DNA of 64,000 bases from a virus. Taxonomy: Duplodnaviria > Caudoviricetes. A model generated the notes under the pieces. That model had not been told where the DNA came from and searched no databases. It saw only the letters and a program-made list of their open reading frames with translations. Below are positions 9,194 through 15,533 of the stretch, in pieces (position 1 is the first letter of the stretch; each line of letters starts with the position of its first letter). A program made the translations under genes and the position numbers. The DNA lies in IMG/VR virus record IMGVR_UViG_3300037424_002164, positions 23,780-87,779 of that record. One strand, written 5' to 3'.

Positions 9194-9760
9194 GATTTTC
9201 CTCCCTCCCAGTTCCATAGACCAAGAGAGCCTTTTGCTGGAATTGGTTTAAGCAGGGGCTTTACGTCAACCAGAATCCAGGCGTACCGTCCACGCCCGTA
9301 GTCGCCGAACTCCCGCTCGTGGAGGTTTTCGGCCAACAGATACGTCCATTCCCTGAGAATCCCCGCTGGCGCTCCATCGGCCGCGTACATCCATTCGCTA
9401 ATCCGGACGCAATCCGCCAGCTTGCACGTCGCCACGACACAGCCCAGGGGCTGTCCAACGATATCCGGCCATAGACGGCTGGCACCATGAACGCGCATCG
9501 CCTCGTAGACGACTGGCTCCTGAGCGAACTGCCGAGCTTCTTTGGGATATCCCTTCGCCGCATGGATCGCCAGTGGCCCACGGTGGGGGGTTCCCCAACT
9601 CCTGGTCTCGATTGTTTTGGCACCGATCGCCACCAACGTGGCCCACGGCTGTGTAAGGGTGAGCGCTTTCATGGGACCTCCACTTCGCGCAGCTCGGCCA
9701 CAAAGCACCTCCCCCAAGATCCAGAACAACGGCGGATCGGGGTGTAGCGGCGGATCATGA
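9166..9760. repeat. Perfect 30-bp direct repeat (9166-9195 and 9731-9760) flanking the ASCH gene
   Basis: GGCGGATCGGGGTGTAGCGGCGGATCATGA present at both positions. Confidence 0.95.
9190..9672 (-). CDS. ASCH domain protein
   Basis: MKALTLTQPWATLV..GAKTIETRSW...GPLAIHAAK ... PAKGSLGLWNW. Confidence 0.9.
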   Translation of the reverse strand: MKALTLTQPWATLVAIGAKTIETRSWGTPHRGPLAIHAAKGYPKEARQFAQEPVVYEAMRVHGASRLWPDIVGQPLGCVVATCKLADCVRISEWMYAADGAPAGILREWTYLLAENLHEREFGDYGRGRYAWILVDVKPLLKPIPAKGSLGLWNWEGGKS

Positions 9761-9946
9761 GTGCCTCCTGTCGATGTGGCGGAACTTCTCCACGAGTTTC
9801 TGATGCACCCGTGTCCACTCATCCACATTGATGCCGAAGCCGCGGTCCCCAACGCCTGGGTATTTCCAATGCACGCTAAGCAGGTAAACGATGTGTCTCA
9901 CTTCTGATTGCGTGAACTTCAGGTCGGTGGGCCGCGGTTTAGCCAT
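9755..9946 (-). CDS. Hypothetical protein
   Basis: GAGG SD; operon coupling. Confidence 0.5.
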   Translation of the reverse strand: MAKPRPTDLKFTQSEVRHIVYLLSVHWKYPGVGDRGFGINVDEWTRVHQKLVEKFRHIDRRHS

Positions 9947-10082
9947 TGAGCACCTCCCCGAGTAGCCAGAACAGCACAATAAACGCGACCAGCACGATTC
10001 CGGTGAGCGCGTCGCCCAGCCACATCTGCCAGCGCATCCGGCGCGCTCGGCCAACAGTTGAGTTCCGCATGAATTGGGTCAT
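9939..10082 (-). CDS. Small single-pass membrane protein
   Basis: ATGA coupling; hydrophobic ALTGIVLVAFIVLFWLL. Confidence 0.55.
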   Translation of the reverse strand: MTQFMRNSTVGRARRMRWQMWLGDALTGIVLVAFIVLFWLLGEVLNG

Positions 10083-10303
10083 GCCGCATCCTCGATTTCC
10101 GGCTCGTAGGGATCGAAGCCTTCCAGGGCCTGTGCGAGGTTGTCGCAGACCGTATGCCGGAAAATCGGCGGCTGCTCGACGCTGGGCTGGTCCGGAGTCA
10201 CCGGCTGGCCGCACTCGAAGCACAGGCGGTCGATCCGCTCGGGCAGCTTGGGCACGGGCATCAGCCGGTCCAGCGCGTCAGAGAGGGCGTGTAGGGCGTT
10301 CAT
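10079..10303 (-). CDS. Hypothetical protein (CFECG)
   Basis: ATGA coupling at both ends. Confidence 0.6.
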   Translation of the reverse strand: MNALHALSDALDRLMPVPKLPERIDRLCFECGQPVTPDQPSVEQPPIFRHTVCDNLAQALEGFDPYEPEIEDAA

Positions 10304-10596
10304 GAGGCCAGCCCCTTTCCGGACAGGGCGGCCGCGCGGAGCAGATCGTGCAGCTCATCCTGGAAGCAATCGAAGCCAGGGTTGTCGAGGTTAGGGGACC
10401 ACTTGCAAAGGAATTTCGAGAGCAGTTCCCCGAAAGTGGGCGGCGCCGGCGCGCGTTCCAGGGTTCGCAGGCTGGCCGTGGCCACATGTACAGAGTTCTG
10501 TACAGCGTCCCAGGCGAGCAGCAGTGCCCGGAGGTCGGCCAACCCCGCTTCTTGAAGCGCCTTCGCTTCGGCGCGGTAGTCGCGTTCAGGCTGCAT
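10300..10596 (-). CDS. Hypothetical protein
   Basis: Operon coupling. Confidence 0.55.
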   Translation of the reverse strand: MQPERDYRAEAKALQEAGLADLRALLLAWDAVQNSVHVATASLRTLERAPAPPTFGELLSKFLCKWSPNLDNPGFDCFQDELHDLLRAAALSGKGLAS

Positions 10597-10879
10597 GGGG
10601 GGTCTCCAGGCACGCCAGGCAACTGGCGCAGTCGGCGCACACCTCGCAGAGAAGGGCGCGGCAGATGGAGCAGCGGTGCTCCAGGTATGGGAGTTCGGCT
10701 CCGCAGCCGGCGCAGAGCCAGGTCCGGACCGGCGTCTTCTCTCCGGTTGCCGGCCATTCGTCGATGCGTTCGCGCGCCTCGCGCGGGGCGTCGGCGCGTT
10801 CGAGGGCTTCCTGCTGGCGCAGGTAGCTCGCCTCGGTGAGGTGGGTCAGCTTCCAGGTGTCGTAGGTGGTTGGCATCAT
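10586..10879 (-). CDS. Cys-rich zinc-finger-like protein, first gene of the leftward operon
   Basis: CAGC, CSIC, CEVCADCASCLAC; AAGGAG SD. Confidence 0.65.
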   Translation of the reverse strand: MMPTTYDTWKLTHLTEASYLRQQEALERADAPREARERIDEWPATGEKTPVRTWLCAGCGAELPYLEHRCSICRALLCEVCADCASCLACLETPHAA

Positions 10880-10925
10880 TACCATGGCTCCTTCTATCTT
10901 TCGCAAGTATGCATCTGACAGCCCA

Positions 10926-10954
10926 ATGATAACCTGCGCAAGTTAGCATGTCAA
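10926..10954 (-). promoter_or_regulatory. Sigma70 promoter (PL-like) with palindromic operator in the spacer
   Basis: TTGACA-17 nt-TATCAT on the minus strand; TAACCTGCGCAAGTTA near-palindrome overlapping the spacer. Confidence 0.8.
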
Positions 10955-10972
10955 GGGATTTTTTCATTTCCT

Positions 10973-11001
10973 TTGCTTTCTTGCGTCCGTGGGCATATAC
11001 T
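10973..11001 (+). promoter_or_regulatory. Sigma70 promoter, probably leaderless
   Basis: TTGCTT-17 nt-TATACT, then 8 nt to ATG 11010. Confidence 0.7.
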
Positions 11002-11009
11002 GAGGTTCG

Positions 11010-11207
11010 ATGCCTAGCAGAAAAACATCACGTGCGGCGGCGGAGATGGCGAAGGCCCGGGCCGCCAGCATGTCTCCAGAACGACGCCGCGAAATCGCTG
11101 GCATCGCGGGCCGCTCCCGGATGACGAGGCTGACCAAGGCGCGCCGGATCGAGATTGCGAAGAAGGCGGCGGCGGCGCGGTGGGGCGTCAAGAAGACCGC
11201 GGGCTGA
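11010..11207 (+). CDS. Small basic putative DNA-binding protein (ARA..MSPERR.EIA..AA.ARW type)
   Basis: Internally duplicated motif; directly downstream of the promoter. Confidence 0.75.
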   Translation: MPSRKTSRAAAEMAKARAASMSPERRREIAGIAGRSRMTRLTKARRIEIAKKAAAARWGVKKTAG

Positions 11208-11214
11208 GGGCATC

Positions 11215-11802
11215 GTGAGACTCTGGCATCCCAACCGCCTGCAATGGGTCGTCATCTGGGCGACGTTTCTCACTGCGAGCCACCTCTCGCTGGATCTTAA
11301 GTTGTCTGATTGGTTGCCGGAATCCGGTCGGTCTTGGGGATTGTTCGCCTATTTAGATCGAGCAGACCGGACACCTAAAGGCCGCAACCATCTAAGCGTG
11401 GTAATTCTGGCGACGGGCGGCTTGATTTTGTGGCACTTTTCGGGGAGGAAGCGGCCGAAAGAGGTAGGGGCGGGATCAGCCGGAGGTTGTGCGAGTCTCC
11501 GAAAGCGCTGCGAGCTACTGTTGCAAGCAAACAAAGCTCTGGATGCGCTCCGGGATTCCGAGGAGGGTACGGCGGACACGGAAGAAATCCAACGGCTTCA
11601 GAATATCCTCGACAGCTTGACACTGCAGGCGATGAAGGAGCAGCCGCCCCCAGAGAGTGAAGCCAAAACTGGCGGGTTGTTCGGCCTCATCGTGTTGATA
11701 GGGATTTTTATGTTGCTTTGGATGGTTACGGACACACCCGAGAGGCGAACAAGCCATCCCGTCTTCGGCGCTCCCGCCTTCCGGCCCGCTCGGGGGTTTT
11801 GA
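11215..11802 (+). CDS. Three-TM membrane protein ending in FGAPAFRPARGF
   Basis: GTG start with GAGGG SD; three hydrophobic segments. Confidence 0.65.
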   Translation: MRLWHPNRLQWVVIWATFLTASHLSLDLKLSDWLPESGRSWGLFAYLDRADRTPKGRNHLSVVILATGGLILWHFSGRKRPKEVGAGSAGGCASLRKRCELLLQANKALDALRDSEEGTADTEEIQRLQNILDSLTLQAMKEQPPPESEAKTGGLFGLIVLIGIFMLLWMVTDTPERRTSHPVFGAPAFRPARGF

Positions 11803-11857
11803 CCCGTGGACCAGCGGAGGAAGCAGGGCCAAGGGGAAGAAGGATCAAAGGGCATAA

Positions 11858-12423
11858 TGGACGCGAAACTCAAAGCGAAACTCACAGAGGCTATCGAGAA
11901 GGCCTACGAACGCAGAGACAAACTCCAAATGCGGTACAGTTTGCGTACCAAAAAGGGCGCACAAAACGTACCGTTTTCTGTACAGAAACTGTACCATTTG
12001 CTTCACGTCGAGGCCCGGCGCAACATGGTGCGCGCCCGACTCTGGCGGAAGATCGAAACGGCGCTCGCCCAGGATAGCGTCGAACGCCTGATCGGCGAAT
12101 TCATCCGCAAGCACCAGCGCTCCGCCGAAGACGAGGCGCAGCTCCGCCTTCCCGGATTTGAATATTTGCCGGCGCGCATCCGCGCTGGAAGGCAGTCGCT
12201 GATATTCGCCAGAGCCACGGTAGCCCAGTTCCTGGCGTACAAGGCGCGTTACGAGCAGCGGGCCGAAAAAGATCAGCGGGTGATGGATGAGTTGCGGCGG
12301 CTGGCTGAGAGCGTGGGCCGATTCGCCGACGGGCATCCCGGCCTTACGATTGCCGAGGCATTGGAGCGGGCTCAAGGAACCGGCGGCGCGATCCGCCTTG
12401 TGGTTGCGGGGGCTGACCGCTGA
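11858..12423 (+). CDS. Hypothetical protein
   Basis: ATG start; protein-like helical sequence. Confidence 0.65.
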
Positions 12424-12456
12424 ACAGGATGGTCCCAGTCGTAAGGAAAGGAAGCC

Positions 12457-13500
12457 ATGAATCGTTCGACGTTCTCAAGTATCGGAATCCCAGTCCTTTT
12501 GCTGTTCGTGTTCGTATCCGCTTTCCCAACCCAGGCCCAGACCTGCATCGGCGAGGTGAAGCCTCTCAAACCCATCAATTGCCAGAATGCGGCGCCGGCC
12601 TGCCTGTGCGACGAGCTGGGCCTGAACTGCCGCTGGATCTGGTCTTGCACTCCACGGGGTTACGACTCCACCACTTCACGGGCGGAGGAGCCGTCACGGC
12701 CAGCCGGAGGCATCGATGCTCGCATCCCGCTGATGGTGCAGCCGCCGCAGGCTGGCAACAGCGGCCTGGACATCCTTCTTCAATACGCGGTCGCTGAACG
12801 CCTTAGCGAACCGCGGACTCCGCCACCTCCTGTGCATCCGACAACAGGCGCAGAATGGAGGGCCGTACTGGCCGCAAAGTCCGTGTACCTGGTCAATGCC
12901 AGCCATGACGGTGGACTCTTTGAAGGTCTCTATGGGCGGCTCCAGAAATGGGGACGGTGGGGCGTGGTCCAGGACGAACGCGACGCCGACCTCATCCTGG
13001 CACTGTCGGATGGCTACGAGTTCAACAAGCCGCGCTATCTGGCGGTTCTGCACCCGAGGACCAGGGCCCGGCTGTTTTTCGTCTCATGCGAGCGCCGAGT
13101 CACGGCGGGTTACACCGCCGGCGTGCTGGTCAACCGGCTGCGCAAGCGAATCGAGGCAATTAATAAACGCCCCATCGTTCCGGTGGCCGACAAGGATCTG
13201 GCGGCAGTCGGGACGAACGCTGCCCCTCCGGTTCCTGAGCGTTGGGCTTCAATGGTCGCGGTCGCGCGGGAGCGTTACGGGGATTGGGATGCGGCAACCA
13301 AGAGTGCCGAGACAGAGAGGCTGGCCATCACACCTGCCATGACGCAGGCCGTTTTCGGGTCGCAACTCGGCGCGGATTTGGTCTACTGGCTCGCGAAGCA
13401 CCCCGAGGAATGCCGGCGGATCGCGGCGTTGTCTCCAACTTCCGCCGCCATGGAGTTGGGCAGGATCGAGGAGCGACTTGCGGCAGTGGTAGGGAAGTAG
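12457..13500 (+). CDS. Secreted chimeric protein: signal peptide, 6-Cys domain, central domain, scaffold-like C-terminal domain
   Basis: AAGGAAAGG SD; MNRSTFSSIGIPVLLLFVFVSAFPTQA leader; TPAM/HPEEC/ELGRIE motifs shared with the scaffold. Confidence 0.8.
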   Translation: MNRSTFSSIGIPVLLLFVFVSAFPTQAQTCIGEVKPLKPINCQNAAPACLCDELGLNCRWIWSCTPRGYDSTTSRAEEPSRPAGGIDARIPLMVQPPQAGNSGLDILLQYAVAERLSEPRTPPPPVHPTTGAEWRAVLAAKSVYLVNASHDGGLFEGLYGRLQKWGRWGVVQDERDADLILALSDGYEFNKPRYLAVLHPRTRARLFFVSCERRVTAGYTAGVLVNRLRKRIEAINKRPIVPVADKDLAAVGTNAAPPVPERWASMVAVARERYGDWDAATKSAETERLAITPAMTQAVFGSQLGADLVYWLAKHPEECRRIAALSPTSAAMELGRIEERLAAVVGK

Positions 13501-13504
13501 AACC

Positions 13505-13729
13505 GTGGCCCATCTCGTCGAACTCATTTTCACCACGGAGATTGCTGGCAGCGGAGTCGAAGGGGATCCGATCCGCTGTCGCCCTCAACTTTGGACGAAG
13601 GACGGCCAGTTGGTCGCGGAGAGCGACCCGGCCACAGGCAAAGGGTTCTTTAACTGGACGGTGAACCTGGGGCCGCCGCCGCACATCCTCAGCCAGCCAC
13701 CGCCCGCGCCGCCACCCGATCATAAATAG
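13505..13729 (+). CDS. Small hypothetical protein
   Basis: GTG start 4 nt after the upstream stop. Confidence 0.5.
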   Translation: MAHLVELIFTTEIAGSGVEGDPIRCRPQLWTKDGQLVAESDPATGKGFFNWTVNLGPPPHILSQPPPAPPPDHK

Positions 13730-14150
13730 CCAGCAGCACCAGCCTCTGCGCCTCCCGGTCCAGCTTCTCGATCTCGTGGTCGACAGACGTCATAACCCGC
13801 GCCGCGGCGCCTGCCGGGTCCACCAAGACCGGTTGCGGCGGATCGAGCGCGCGCTTCGCGATCGGACCCAGGTCCACCGTCCAGTCCCGATTGACGGCCG
13901 ATGTCCTGGCGAGCTCCCGCCACTCGCCGGCAACATGCTGCCAAAGGATATACAGCATCGGCCGCCGGCGATGACCCCAGCCAAGCCCGACCTGGCCGGC
14001 GCATTCCAGGACGAGGCCGGACGCCGGCATCTGCTCCGCCGGGATCTCGGCCCCAGGCGCCAGCAGCTCGCCTTCAAAGTCCCAGCCGCCCCAGATCCGG
14101 TCGGTTTTCATTGCCCGGATGAGCTTCAAGTACGTGATTGCATTCCGCAT
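13689..14150 (-). CDS. Hypothetical protein
   Basis: Protein-like sequence; divergent from the 14334 operon. Confidence 0.6.
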   Translation of the reverse strand: MRNAITYLKLIRAMKTDRIWGGWDFEGELLAPGAEIPAEQMPASGLVLECAGQVGLGWGHRRRPMLYILWQHVAGEWRELARTSAVNRDWTVDLGPIAKRALDPPQPVLVDPAGAAARVMTSVDHEIEKLDREAQRLVLLAIYDRVAARAVAG

Positions 14151-14226
14151 CGCCGTGCGGGGAAGGTGGACCGTGGGGCGAACGGCGTCGCTATCCGGTC
14201 TCGGGGGGGGGGTCACACTCTGATAG

Positions 14227-14252
14227 TGCGTAGCGGCTACGCATCGTGTCAA
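14227..14252 (-). promoter_or_regulatory. TTGACA -35 box with perfect inverted-repeat operator
   Basis: TGCGTAGC-G-GCTACGCA (14227-14243) next to TGTCAA (14247-14252); -10 box weak. Confidence 0.55.
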
Positions 14253-14296
14253 CTGTGGAACGATTCGGTACTTTGGTAATTTTCCCCCCGTACCTC

Positions 14297-14325
14297 TTGC
14301 CTAGCAGCTTGGCATGTATGATACT
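14297..14325 (+). promoter_or_regulatory. Sigma70 promoter, probably leaderless
   Basis: TTGCCT-17 nt-GATACT, then 8 nt to ATG 14334. Confidence 0.55.
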
Positions 14326-14333
14326 GGGAAGCG

Positions 14334-14474
14334 ATGGCTAGGAAAAAGGTACTCGTGGACGTCAGGGAGAGCGGAAAGAAGGGCGGCTTGGCGCGGGCCC
14401 GGAACCTCACCCCTGAAGAGCGTAAGCTGTCCGCGCGCAAGGCTGCCCAGGCGCGCTGGGGGAAGAAACGGTGA
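14334..14474 (+). CDS. Small basic protein (GKKGGLARARNLTPEER...ARKAAQARW), paralog of 11010-11207
   Basis: 46-aa ORF read by hand; GTGA-coupled to the next gene. Confidence 0.75.
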   Translation: MARKKVLVDVRESGKKGGLARARNLTPEERKLSARKAAQARWGKKR

Positions 14475-14713
14475 CCAAAGCCGCCACCATCCTTGCACTC
14501 AAGGCCGAGATTGAACTCCTGCGGCGCGAGCTTCAGGCTCTGTTGCGCGAACGCCAGGGGTGGTCGGAGACAGCGACCTATCTGCGGCTCCGGAATGAGG
14601 AACTGGAAGCTGGCGCTCGGAACAATGCTTCGAAGCTGAAGACTCTCCAGCGGGAGAACCGGAAGCTGAAGGCGCTGGCCAGGCGGAAGCCCAAGAAGGG
14701 AGCAGGGCATTGA
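14471..14713 (+). CDS. Coiled-coil hypothetical protein
   Basis: Coupled at both ends. Confidence 0.6.
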   Translation: MTKAATILALKAEIELLRRELQALLRERQGWSETATYLRLRNEELEAGARNNASKLKTLQRENRKLKALARRKPKKGAGH

Positions 14714-15321
14714 TTCCCCCGGAAGAAGCGAAAGCTGAAGAACAGCACCACGACGCCGAGATTGAGAACGGGATTCGGACTCTCTGCGAGGCTTTGGCCG
14801 AGGCCGGGCGCCGGTTGGTGGAGAAGGAAGCCGCGCGCCGGCAGTGGGAGGAAACGGCGATTAGGCAGATGCAACTCATCAAGACGATCGAGACGGAGGT
14901 TTCTGGGTTGGGGTCTTTGATCCCGGAGCATCTGCGCATACCGTGTCCCGGCCCCGTCATTCCGGGCATCCGGTACGGAATCACGAAGATGCGCGAAGAA
15001 CTTGATGCCGCAAGGAGTATCGGCTTCGATCCAGCCCGCCCGGACGGCGGGATTCAGCAGCTCGTGGCAGAGAAGATAGCGGCCGAGGGCCGGCTGAAAG
15101 CGATCATCAAGCACCACTTGGCGATTGCATCCTTCGAGCGTGATGGCCAGACGATCTACCAGGTTTACGAGCCGGGCTTCGGGAATTCGGAAAAGCGGGC
15201 CTATTTCGGAACTCCCTATGACGAGGATGATGTCCTTGTGACGGGACCAGACCCCTACGCCGCCCTGGACGCGGCGATCGAGAAGGCGGAGAATCCCGTA
15301 AAGCGGGGAACTCGCGAATGA
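14710..15321 (+). CDS. Hypothetical protein
   Basis: Coupled at both ends. Confidence 0.6.
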   Translation: MIPPEEAKAEEQHHDAEIENGIRTLCEALAEAGRRLVEKEAARRQWEETAIRQMQLIKTIETEVSGLGSLIPEHLRIPCPGPVIPGIRYGITKMREELDAARSIGFDPARPDGGIQQLVAEKIAAEGRLKAIIKHHLAIASFERDGQTIYQVYEPGFGNSEKRAYFGTPYDEDDVLVTGPDPYAALDAAIEKAENPVKRGTRE

Positions 15322-15533
15322 GCGACGAACCTAAACCGATGCCCGTGAAACTCCACATCCTGGAACCGATCTGCCAAATGAAGTCGCACGAAGCTCGGAT
15401 GACGGAGGCTGAGGCTCGACTCATTCTGTCCGGTTGGCTCCGGCGGCCGCATCAGTATCTGGAAGACAGAGCTCGGGCAGTGCTTGAGGAACTGGCAGCA
15501 ATGAAGAAGCCAAAACTGGACAAAGCCGAATGA
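15318..15533 (+). CDS. Small protein sharing its N-terminus with the downstream ATPase
   Basis: MSDEPKPMPVKLHI versus MSAEPKPMPIRLHI. Confidence 0.6.
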   Translation: MSDEPKPMPVKLHILEPICQMKSHEARMTEAEARLILSGWLRRPHQYLEDRARAVLEELAAMKKPKLDKAE

